Shown one piece after another: positions 1 to 10,859 of a stretch of 64,000 nucleotides of DNA (positions are counted from its first letter, which is position 1; each line of letters starts with the position of its first letter). The translations under genes were made by a program, and so were the position numbers. A model generated the notes under the pieces. It was not told the origin of the DNA. It saw only the letters and a program-made list of their open reading frames with translations, and did not search any database. This stretch comes from Blasia pusilla (Eukaryota). Location of the stretch: NCBI GenBank assembly GCA_050084515.1, contig CM114271.1:3472001-3536000 (forward strand), read 5' to 3'.

Positions 1-329
1 TCCAACGGCCCAAAATGAGAAAGATGGCTTCAGAAAGCCATCTCTCTCCTATGTGGAAAGAGCCAAAAGGCTCCTCCCCTAAAGATAGCAACCCTCATGG
101 TAACTTGCGTGCACATGTTACTAAGGGCGGATGACTTGTTGAACAAGTCACCCGGCTATGAAAGACTCCGAAAGGAAATTTGTCGTAAAACAACGTTCCT
201 GATACAACGGAACTATTCTCAACTCCATCTGACACCTCAAGACGAAGTTATACTCACGATAGTCCACTGGCTCTCTATGCCGTCGCCGTGATAGATCCCT
301 ACCTAACGGCTACTCATATGTGACAGGTG

Positions 330-1310
330 CAATATGTCTTGGATCTACGGGAGAACTTGATTTCTCATGGTGCGCTTGTCGATAATGGCTGCAAATGGGC
401 ATCGGAGAATGGAGGTCTAAGAGTTTCAAAAGGAGCCTTGATCTTGATGAAGGGCAAGTAGGTTGGAATCTTGTATTGGCTTGAAGGTGAAACCATTGTA
501 GGTGAAGTTGCAGTAGCATCCACAACAAACGGAGACGTAATAAATATTATATAATTGTGGCACCTACAATTGGGTCATTTGAGCGAACGTGGACCAAGGG
601 AGCTGTCAAAACATGAGTTGCTCAAAGGAATGAAGTCTTGTAAGTTGGTGTGAGCATTGACTATTTGCAAGACAATGTAGAGTGAGCTTCAATATTAGTG
701 TACACTGGACAAAGGGAGCTCTAGATTATATACATGTAGATGTCTGGGGTTATGCATCTGTTGCTTCTCAGTCAGGAACCCTATATTATGTCACCTTTGT
801 GGATGATTATTCTAGAAGGGTGTGGATTTACTTCTTGCAAAATAAATCAGAGGTATTCTCTATCTTCTCATAATGGAAGACAATGGTAGAGAAGCAAAAC
901 GGTCGAAAGATCAAGCGCATACGATCTAACAATGGTGGAAAGTATTGGTCTAGGTAATTTGAATAATTTTGTAAGAAGGAAGGCATCATCTGTTATTTCA
1001 CCACTCCTGGCACATATCAACAAAATGGAGTGGAAAGGCTGATGAATCATACACTATTGGAGAGAGCACGTAGTATGTTGAGCGCTGCAGGAATCAAGAA
1101 AATCTTATGGGCAAGAGCTGTAAATACATCTTGTTATCTGATAAATCTATCTCCTACTAGTACTATTGGATGTAAAATACCTATAGAGTTGTGGCATGGT
1201 ACTCTTGCAAATTACTCTTTACTTAGAGTGTTTTGATACCTTGCATATGTTCATGTTCAGGAAGATAAGAGGTATAAGTAAGATCCAAAGACTAGAAAGT
1301 GCAGCTTTCT
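330..1310 (+). mobile_element. Ty1/Copia pol remnant (GAG-pre-integrase and integrase core), cut at 1310 by a Gypsy LTR insertion
   Basis: Translates to NLISHGAL..ENGGLRVSKGALILMKG, LWHLQLGHLSERG (~557-590), LDYIHVDVWG, YYVTFVDDYSRRVWIYFL, IKRIRSNNGG, QQNGVE..NHTLLERARSML, WARAVNTSCYLINLSP. It ends at DPKTRKCSF, exactly where the LTR starts. Several stops. Confidence 0.9.
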
Positions 1311-2323
1311 TGTCGTGCGCCTACTCTCCTTGAACGTTAATCTTGTTTGTTGCGGAAGCGTGCGTTCAGTAGGTCACGCTCTCAACGCTGATCTGCATCC
1401 AAACACACACTTTGGTTAGTCGGGTCTTGGATCAATCAGCGGGGTTACTTTGCGAGTTCTCGTCTCGGACTCTCATCAAGCTGAACCTTCCTAGTTTCGC
1501 GGTTTACAACACGGGAAAATCTCGAAAGACTTGGGACAGACTTTCTGGTCGGTTCAAGACGCCTAGCGGTTCCAACTGTCCGATGGACATCCAAAGAGTT
1601 CCTCACCAAGACTCGCACGAAGTGAATCTCGGGTTGGGATCCAAGTGTGGCGTACAAAGTCCACTCCCTTGGATCAGGTTTGGGTTTCGGGTTTCCGCGC
1701 CAAACTCCCGTTCCATCCCGTGCCTCTGAAACGCCGTTTGGCGCCCAAAGTGGGGTTTCGTTTCCCGAGACATCTCGGAGAAGGTCCTCCCTTACTAGTA
1801 CTTCTGGGGATCTCCGAGGTCCCCCTACATTTAGGGAAAGACACCCGGGCCTCTCCAATTGGCCCTCAACCCGATTGCTCTCTCAATCGTTTTCGGCCAA
1901 TATCTCAGCCTGTACTTATGCGTTTGCTGAGATCTTTGATGCGTTGGAAGCGTCTCAAGATCAGCTTTCCAATGCGCCCTTACTTGTCTCAAATGCATCT
2001 TGGAGCTTAACGTTATGGTCCTAAACACAGTCAGATTCTCCCAAACGCTAGTCGTGTTCCAAACTGGTTCTCACCTCTTTGGCAACCAACCTCCCAAGAC
2101 TCAACTCATCTCAAGTCTCGGCTCGCGTTTGGTCTAGGTTTCCTGGTCGCGACCACTAACGCATGAAACACACAACTCTATTCCGCGTTTCGTCTCTTAG
2201 ACTTTTCCAAGAGACTCTTCCAAACGCCTCTTCAAAGCGCAAACCTCGCAACGTGAGTTCCTTTGAGTTCTGATGTTTCGCTTGGCGCCTATTTGGTGTT
2301 TTTTGGTTATGAGGGTCGCGACA
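1311..2323 (-). repeat. 3' LTR of a minus-strand Ty3/Gypsy (chromovirus-type) element
   Basis: TG..CA ends (tgtcgtgcg...tcgcgaca). Reverse-complement homology along its length to the LTR at 22092-23014. A PPT lies on the internal side. Confidence 0.9.
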
Positions 2324-2336
2324 CTTACCCCTCCTT
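2324..2336 (-). promoter_or_regulatory. Polypurine tract of the minus-strand Gypsy element
   Basis: Minus strand reads AAGGAGGGGTAAG directly before the TG of the LTR. Confidence 0.8.
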
Positions 2337-3016
2337 AGATGGTTGATGTCCTCATCAACGCAAACTTTATGAATGTTAAGTTTTGGGAAGCCGACCCCTT
2401 AACACTGAATCGCGTTCTGGTAGCTAACCCGCAATTCCTCTTTTGGCTTAAGTCTTAGGTTGTCGCTTGCAGCACTTAGACTTATTAGCTTCTTCTTTCC
2501 GATGAGCCTAGACTAGTTCTGCTGAACTAATCTAACTATCAAAATATGCTCACTGAGTCTGCAACCTAACACTTCACTCACTATTTGTAAACAACCGCCT
2601 GTCTACCTAGCCAACTCGTACTATTTTTGGGTCACTTGTACTCCATCTAGGCGCGTCACTAAGTTCAGTCATGCAACATGAATGAGATCACCACAAACCC
2701 CAAGACAGACTCATCTGCCCCGCCGACGTTAGGGCGAGCTCAAATGCTAGTACTTCAACACTTGGTCCTGATCTAGATGCCTTATCTGAATACAAGCTCT
2801 CACCTTAAATACTCATTGTTTGGTCTCCTTGACTTACATCCTAAGCATATGAAGAACTACCCATTGCCTTGCACAAACCAAACTCAAAATTACAATACAA
2901 GCATCGAATCTCCAAATCCATGTCTTCTTTATTGCAACAACTAAACATTTCTAGTTATAACGGGTTATCGGCCCAAGCTTTCCGGTCACAAGTTATGTCC
3001 ATTGCTTCACCATGTA

Positions 3017-3120
3017 CTAACGCACGTGCCTTTCTTGCATCCATCTGAAGTCACGCAATGCTTCTTGCGCATGTTCTAGATCCGCCTCCGCAATCCAAGT
3101 CGCCTCTTTCACATGATAGC
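3017..3120 (-). pseudogene. C-terminal half of the integrase chromodomain, truncated by the element starting at 3121
   Basis: (G)YHVKEATWIAEADLEHAQEALRDF matches the chromodomain pattern GY...ExTW.pE..L..a.e.l..F. It sits at the pol 3' end, upstream of the PPT and LTR. Confidence 0.75.
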
Positions 3121-3465
3121 TGTCATGACCATACGGATTATGTCGTAGAGTATGGTGTGCTGGTAGAGGCCATTCCTTATGTAGGACCGTAGTGGCTTGG
3201 TAGAGATGCGGTTCCATCCATAGGGTTGGGGGTTACTCACTTGGGGGTGACTTTCCCAGTAGGGCCCGCTCTTAGGTTGGAGGATATAAGGTGGCTTGCC
3301 CTCAAAGAACAGTCAGTTCTTTGAGTTGAGCTATGCGTTGGGAGTTAGCCTTGGTAGTGAGTAGAGCTCTTGGCTATGGTGTTTCCCGCAAGCTTTGACC
3401 TAGATTCTCCCATCGTGGAGTGGATTTGGCTCGATTGTATGTGATTGTAAACGTGTTTTATGACA
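3121..3465 (+). repeat. Putative 5' LTR (345 bp) of the DNMT-Gypsy element
   Basis: Begins tgtcatga exactly at the break in the chromodomain and ends ttatgaca (imperfect terminal inverted repeat, TG..CA). Contains TATAA at 3285-3289 and Inr-like TCAGTT at 3313-3318. No second copy in the window to confirm the bounds. Confidence 0.65.
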
Positions 3466-5088
3466 GTAGGTCTTTCACGGATTTCACTCAAAGAACTGGA
3501 GTAGATCGATGGTAGCTTCGATTGTAGATCAGTAGGATCTGGTTAGGGCTGATTGTGTACTCAGCCGTGGATGTTCGTGGCTTGTGGCCTATGTTGGAGG
3601 TGTGAATCTGATGAGCGGTTGGTTGGGAAAGAAGCGCCTTGCTGAGAGCTTTCCAACGCGCTGTAGATCGCCGGATTTCGTCAAGGGAGTTGGAAGTTAT
3701 CAAGCATTGAAGATTCTGGTCGTGTTCGACAGTTTTCTGATGTGGAGAGCTTGGAGTGCGGAAGCTCTGTTGAAGTTCATCCAGATCGGGTGAGAGGTTC
3801 CTATTGCTACTTGTATTGTGATCTCATGTAAAGCTATCTGCTCGATTCCGTGGAGCGTTGCGGATTTCTGCGTGCATGAAACTTGGCGGAAGCGCTGTCG
3901 GATTTGCGCTTCTAGAGGTGTATGGACAGCAAGTTTGTCTGATTTTTAGCTCGGAGTACGGAGCTTGGTTGTAGCTGAGTTTTTGTGGGGAGATAGCTAT
4001 GGTGGTCAGTTGAATTCTGATCGAAATAGATTTGATTTCGGTCACGTATTTGTGAAGTAATTTCTGATCGAAATTTCGCGGACTAGCTCAAGGTCTGGCT
4101 ATGGTGGACAGCGGATCGGAGGGGCTGGTTGGTTGGTGACTCGTTCAAATTTGGAGACGCCTATCCCGTTGGGGGCGCCTTGGTTGGACCTCTCTCCATA
4201 GCGAAGCATGGCGAAGCGTGGCGAACGGGGCATGTCTCGAGCATTTCTCGGCGTTTCGAGGCAACTCGAGGCAACTCGTGGTAGCTCGGGGCAAGTGGGC
4301 GTGAGAGGCGGAGTAAGGAGCAAGGAGCAAGCAAGCAAGCTTGCTTGCTTGCTTGGGCGTGAGGCAATTTTTGCAGGATTTAGGATTTGAGTTTTGCATA
4401 AGTGGTCACCCATCTTTGGGCTATTCTGCCTGGAGGACGCTTAACTGCTGAGTTCTTAACTATGCCCGGTGTCTGTTGTTGTAGCTCATTTGGTGCTGTT
4501 CGGAGAGGTGTTAGGCACTTTATGCATCTTAGGTTTTTGGTTGATGTACCTCTAGCGCATAGTACGGTGTAGCCTCTCCATGCAGGTGATATTTTCAGGT
4601 GGTGCGTTCGACTAGCACGTCATCGACCCGCGGCGGAGTAGCTATTGCATTAGAATTATGTGGTGGGTTTTGTGGATTCAGAGGGCACCACGTTTGGTGG
4701 ATTGTGTTACCTTGATTTCCATTTGCGATTGGAGGGTTGTCGTTGGATTTCCTGTGTTTGGATCCCCTCCATTGTGCTTCTTGCTTGCGCGCCCATTGTT
4801 AGGGTTGACGCTGATTTCCAGAGTAGTGTTACTCCTGTGTGCTACCGGTAGTGAGGCTGGAGGGATGACGAGTAGATTGTGGGAGACTTCTTGTGGTGAT
4901 GACAAGTTAGGTTGCCTACACCCATAGCTAGTAGAGCTAGAATAGTATAGCAACATCGACGTCACTTGGTAATTTGGTGGTGGTGCAGCATCGGCGTTGG
5001 TCATCACGGAGTTGTCGGGTGGTCTGGTTGGGGACCGTGGTGCAGACAGTGGTGGTTTCACACAAAGTGGATTTAGGTATCGCTACCT

Positions 5089-6437
5089 TTGCCACTTCCG
5101 ACGGTTGATGAAGAGGAGGACGAGGGTGTTCCAAACACCGAGTCTTCTACGTTGTTATCGAGTGTTGCAGCTCCATTGATTTGGGATATGGACGGTGGAT
5201 ATGGGGCCATGAAGGGCCCACGACGATACTCGGGTGCAGTGGGTACCATTGAGTTGGAGGACTTCATGCAGGAGTTTGATACGTGGTGTGATATGCGATG
5301 ATGTATGAACGCCACGTTGTTTACACCCTTCTTGGCTTGGAAGGGTTGTTTCAAAGACTTGGAAGGACCACCCATGGATGATTACCATGAGTTTAGGAAG
5401 GACCATGTTCTTTGAGATTGAGGCATGGAGACAATATTGGTCTCCAGGCTATGTGTCTATCACCCATGGTGGTATTGGTAGTAGTGCTCCTACTATGCGA
5501 GCCAGCCCGACGTTGAGTGGTACGAGTACGAGCCGGAGTGGGGGTACCAGTGGAGGTACTAGTGCCCCACCATCGTTTCGCCCGGTTGCAGAGTTCTTCA
5601 AGAGGTTGAAGAAGAACTATCAAGGAGTGAAGACAGAGAAGTTGAGGAATCTTCAGGACTTTGAGCGAAAGACTGGTGAGAGTCTTTGTGAGGCATACAC
5701 GCAGCGTATCGACGATTGATTTCAGATTACCAGGGTGTGAGTGAGGATCGGCGAGTCCGTTTTGGTACGGGATCTTGGGGCAGAGATTTGCGCCGAGGGT
5801 ACGTGATGCTACTCTTATGAGTGATGATTCACCCACATTGACCCATGTGTTTGCTTTATCTGAGAAGATTGAGCTTAACATGGTGAAGGAGAGAGTGGTG
5901 ACATCCGCATTCAGTAGGGATACAACTACTTCTTCTCGTGTTCAGCCGCCCACCTCACAGTCTCGTAGTAGTGGTGGTGGTAGTAGTAGTGGGAGTCGTG
6001 GGGGGTACACGCGACCTCAGTCAAGTCCTAGAGGGACATTTGTGCAGAGACCATTGCCTTCATTTGCTGCCCCGCAGCAAGGAGAGTTATGTTGGACATG
6101 TGGAGGTGATCATGTTAGGAAGTTTTGTCCCCAAGAGGATGGGAGACGGACTTTGGAGGATGGGCCTCAGTCGGCCCCAACTCAGTGTGATCATTGTGGG
6201 AGACTAGGTCATCCTCCAGAGCGTTGCTTTGATCTTCATCCACAGTTGAGATCAGGCCGTGGCCGTGGTGGAGTAGCTCCGAGAGGCCGAGGTGGTAGAG
6301 GTGGTAGGGGTGGTAGAGGTGGACCAGTGGTTGGAGAGCCTACGGTGGCTACCCCCACCTCTACGACAAGTCGCCTATGGCTGCCGAGATTGAGCAGTTG
6401 GAGCAGAGTTGGCTACTATGGTGGTATCCAAAGATAG
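5089..6437 (+). pseudogene. gag: gag of the DNMT-Gypsy element (frameshifted)
   Basis: Capsid-like segments (PRRYSG..ELEDFMQEFDTWCD; KLRNLQDFERKTGESLCEAY), zinc knuckles CWTCGGDHVRKFC and CDHCGRLGHPPERC, and an RGG-rich tail. Confidence 0.8.
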
Positions 6438-7104
6438 ATCAGGTTCGGGAGCAGGGCTTCCACCTCTTATGGAGGGGATGATCTCTCTTATATGGCGAAA
6501 GTGCAAAGACAAAAGTTGAGGCATCACTGCGATTTGAGAGGAGCCACTGAGCGTCGAGCCACGTGGTGCTCTTGTGGAGTTGGACCCACAGAGGGGTGAG
6601 GTGGGGAGGCGAGCTAGGCTTCCCGATTATTCTTGTTGTCCGAGGTGCTTAGGACTCCATCCATGGTTCCCACGCAGCCTATTGAGCCAAAGTGGGGATC
6701 GAGGCATCTACATCGCGTGTAGTAGACACGGATGCAAAGATCAATGCAGATTGTGCGGATGGCAACTTCAAAGTGTTGGGATCCCCATTGTTTTCGCCAC
6801 GGAGTCGATGGCTTTAGGAGTTGACTTAGCTCTCAGATTTGATTAGCGACCACATTGTGTGAACGTGGGGTATTCTTGCTATACGTGTTGAGGTGGATGA
6901 GGGTGTTGCGGTGGAGCGACCCTCTATGTCGAGTAGCATTGAGTACCGGTGCTACTTGGCGGCAAAGAAAGCGGCGAAGATGGATGCATTACCGGCCCGC
7001 CAGCCATTGATCGTGAGAGGCTTACACCTGGTGTATGTATGTTGGACAACCGAGTGGGATCTTCTGATTGGTGAGTCCTACTGGGGGAGGTGTATAGACC
7101 GGAT

Positions 7105-7365
7105 AGAGTCTTGTTAGACTTTGGTGCCCAACCTTTGATGTTGGGAAAGCGGCATGTATTGGTTTGGGTATTCGGAGGTCGAGCTTGAGCCTTGCCCATT
7201 CGATTCAAACATCACTTGGAGGAGCCAATGATAGGTCTCAATTCATGACACGGGAGAAGTTTTTCTGCAGTTGAGACTAGATCATGCGGCCCGATAGCTC
7301 CCGGTTGGGAGTATCTCATGTAGTCACATCAGCCGAGTCGTATGATGTACTAGTTGGAGGAGCAA
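7105..7365 (+). pseudogene. Aspartic protease remnant
   Basis: RVLLDFGAQPLMLG (D-S/T-G motif, plausibly TCT>TTT) and a downstream SYDVLVGG motif, in the expected position after gag. Confidence 0.65.
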
Positions 7366-7826
7366 AGATTGTACCCGATGGGGTTTCAGATGGATTCTTT
7401 GGGTGAGACAGCGTCTTATAGACCAGGTTGGCATCCGAGGATGGACGTATGAGCCAAGTTCTGTGAGATTTATTTCGGGGCTCAACCAGAGGGTCTTCCC
7501 CAAATGGTGTTAGCATCTGTGGCTGGTTTTAGTGGAGTAGTCACTTGGCCAGGAGACTTTTTGGAGGGTAATGTTTCTGCTATGGATTCTCCTGCGCATG
7601 AGGAGGAAGAGGAGGTCCCTATTTTTGCAGCAGTGGCATCCTCATCGTTGGATGTGCCACTTTGGAGTTCACGCGATGCACTACGGCAGGAGGCTGATCG
7701 CCTAGTGCAGGAGGCTTGGTGTGGTTATACCTCACGAGGAAGAGGAGGCCCCAGGCGGACTCTATTTCTGGCCGATTGTTATCCCCTTTGGATACTACAC
7801 CTATTGTATGGCAGTATCCGCCGGAG

Positions 7827-8775
7827 GGCATTTGTGTGTTAGATCTCTTTGGTGGGATTAGCACTGGTTTGGCTGCAGTGTTGCAGGCCGGTATTCCTGT
7901 GCGGAGATACGTGTATGTAGAGCGAGATGAGACGGCCCAGAGAGTCTCATCCCGACATATTGGTCAGTTGATGCGGAGATATCCTGAGTTGTTGCCGCCA
8001 TCAGCTATTCGTGGGTACCAGCGTGCTTTACCATCACACATTGCATTGTTGGGGGCGCAGGACCTTGAGAGAATTGGTCTTGTGGATTTGGTGATTGCTG
8101 GATGGCCATGTTAGGGTCATACACGTGCTGGTCGTGGTGAGGGATTACATGACCCTAGGTCTCGATTGTTTTGGGAGATGTTACGGGTGTTACGACATCT
8201 TCAGGTTCATCAAGCACGTGCTCTAGCTAACATTCTGGAGAATGTTCCATTGTTGGGTGACACTCGGACCCGGATGATGGCGAGTGTTCATGAGGTGCGC
8301 TCTTGGATTGGACCAGCGGTGTTGTTGGATGCAGCACGAGTTGGCTCGCGTGCACATCGTCCACGCTTGTGGTGGACAAACTTGTTGCCTAGGGAGGTTC
8401 TACGTCGAGCATATGATGCAGTGCAGCGGGATCCTCGCCTTACAGTGGATAGTATCTTGGATACTGGGCGACTTTCTCAAGTGGTGAGGATTATTGATCG
8501 GTCACCCATGGCAGTGGTGAACCGTGTGGGCCAGCCTAGGATGGCACTACCCACATTTGTGAGTTTTCCCGCGTCACATGCCTACGAGGAAGGTGGTCGG
8601 GGCTTGTATGGGATTCTCATGTGCGGCGATTGGTGGAGCCTAACGCTGATGAGAGAGAGCGTGCGATGGGATTTACTATTTGGCGTGTGGCGGTTGCTTC
8701 TATTTTCGAGGCTTCACGACGTCATGTGTTGGGTCAGGCCATGGACCTGAATTGTTTGACTTGGATTTTGAGTCT
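7827..8775 (+). pseudogene. DNMT3-like C5 cytosine DNA methyltransferase domain within pol (one stop, one frameshift)
   Basis: Motif I GICVLDLFGGISTGLAAVLQAGIPV; motif II YVYVERD; motif IV DLVIAGWPC*GHTRAG (catalytic PC at 8106-8111); LHDPRSRLFWEMLRVL; motif VI ILENVP; motif VIII RAHRPRLWWTNL; motifs IX/X ERERAMGF..SRRHVLGQAMD. Confidence 0.92.
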
Positions 8776-9149
8776 TGGTATGGCCGAGCAGCGTCGACTT
8801 CGGACTATGTCTGTGGGTCTTCCACCCCTTGTAATGAGCTCGATGGCTACCGGGACGGTAGAGGCATCGGCTGGGGGCGAGGAGAGTAGTATTTTGCATC
8901 CTTGGAGTAAATGGGATGTAATGGCTGGGCATGTGGAGTTGGTTGCTCATCTTTGGTGGAGGAGTTATTTGCTCAGATGATGATGTAGCTAAGGGTGTAT
9001 CATCTTGTGAGGGGGTTGCGTAGCAGCCAATGGCATCGTCCTCTCCCTCTAGTATGCCAGTGGAGGAGACTTGGGAGCCATTACTTGGGCCCAAGCTTAC
9101 GGGAGGTGAGAAACGACGCTTGACATAGTTCCTACGTGCTTATAGGAGT

Positions 9150-10500
9150 TGTTTTGCCTTTAGCATGAAGGAGTTGGGTTCTCTGGTTGGACCCGGTATA
9201 CGGATTGATTTGGCTAGTGATACGCCAATCTTCCGTCGTCCCTACCGATATAGTGATATGGAGAGGGATCTGATTCAGAGTAGGACGTTGGACCTTTTGG
9301 AGGCTGGATTAGTGGAGTTGTCGCATGGAGAGTATGCATCACCACATGTCATGCTGCTAAAAGGATATGCATGGCAACTACACGGATAGGCGGATGTGTG
9401 GAGATTACCGCCCTATCAATTGGCAAACCAAGGCCGATAGGTATGCCATGCCTACACTGATGAGATCTTTGATGTGATGGGACAGCAAAGATTTTCAGTA
9501 CTTTGGATCTTGAGGAGGATACCATCAATTGCCGATTCGGGAGAGTGACAAGGCCAAGACAAAGCATTTTGGGGTGTCAACTCTCATGGCAAGGATTGTT
9601 TGTACGGTGGAAATTCTTACCCTTTGGGTTGAAGAATGCACCTGCCGAGTTTCAAAGAGTGATGGACAGGATCCTAGCAGGGTTGGATTTTGTTCGGTGT
9701 TACATTGATGATATCTTGGTGTTCAGTAACACGGTGGAGGAGCATCAGATACATTTGCAGATGGTGTTTGAGGGGTTGAAAGCTCATGGTCTACGTTTGC
9801 ATCCGGAAAGTGTAAGTTCTTCCATGAGGATGTTGAGTACTTGGGTCATGTGATCTATCCAGGTGGTTTGGGAGTTCAGCAAGCAAAGGTGGAGGCTATT
9901 GCACTTATTCCGCGTCCGGTAGATGTGAGTAGAGTTCGAGCATTCATGGGATTGGCGAACTACTATCGGAGGTATGTGAAGGATTTAGTGCTATGGCAAA
10001 GCCTTTGAACCAATTGCTGAAATCAGATCAAGAGTGGCACCTGGGGAGATGATCGGAGAGAGAGCTTTTGTGGAGCTTAAGGCCAGTTGGTGGCGGCGCC
10101 TATCTTGAGGAGACCTATCAAAGGCGCCCATTTCAGATTACACACGATTGGAGTAGGTTGGGACTTGGAGCGGTGTTGACACAACATGATGATGAGCACA
10201 TGGAGTTTGTGGTGGCCTATGCAAGTCGTTCGAGTAATGCAAATGGAGTCGCTATAGTTCATATGAGGGAGAGTGCTTGGCAAGTAGTGTGGGTTGTGGC
10301 ACACTTTAGGTGTTACTTGTTTGGCACACAATTTACCCTTGTTCTTGCGATCACCGGCCGCTCAAGTGGTTGATGGAATCGGACAAGCTTACAGGAAGCT
10401 TGCACGATGGGCTCTTATCTTACAGGAGTATGACTTCCAGGTGGTACATAGACCTGGAGTTGCCAACCTTGATGCTGATGGGTTGAGTAGGAATCCATGT
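9150..10500 (+). pseudogene. pol: Reverse transcriptase and RNase H of the DNMT-Gypsy element
   Basis: PIFRRPYRYS, RMCGDYRPIN, LPFGLKNAPAEFQRVMD, RCYIDDILVFS, HDWSRLGLGAVL, VVAYASRS, ARWALILQEYDFQVVHRPGVANLDADGLSR. Confidence 0.93.
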
Positions 10501-10859
10501 ACTAGCCAAGAGGATACAACTGGGGCTAGATGGCATAGCGAGGTTGATGAGGAGATGGTGCCAGGTTGGCATGCATCCGCCTTTTTATGTTGGTTAGGGG
10601 TGGACTCTAGTATGGAGGACCACATGATATCTTACTCTAGTCAGAGGGTAGATGGCCAGCCTTCAGATTCTAAGGTTGGAGATGGTGGTACGGATCAGCG
10701 TGATATTCATGATGATGCGTTGGTGTTGGAGTTTCTACGGACCAGTAGGGTGCCACGCATAGTGAGTGCCAAGGAGCGAGACCGTGTTCTTCAACGTGCT
10801 AAGAGGTATCGATTGGAGGGAACACATATTCTCCACATGTGGGAGGATGGTAGAGTACG

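Noticed and set aside
1412-2028. Overlapping 100-137 aa ORFs inside LTRs (also 22248-23283)
   Set aside because: They lie within LTR or leader sequence, show no domain similarity, and their frames are not preserved between the two LTR copies.
7716-8980. MTase as a host DNMT3/DRM gene or a bacterial restriction-modification contaminant
   Set aside because: Intronless, with no PWWP/UBA domain or partner nuclease, unpermuted motif order (unlike DRM), and embedded collinearly between the retroelement protease and RT.
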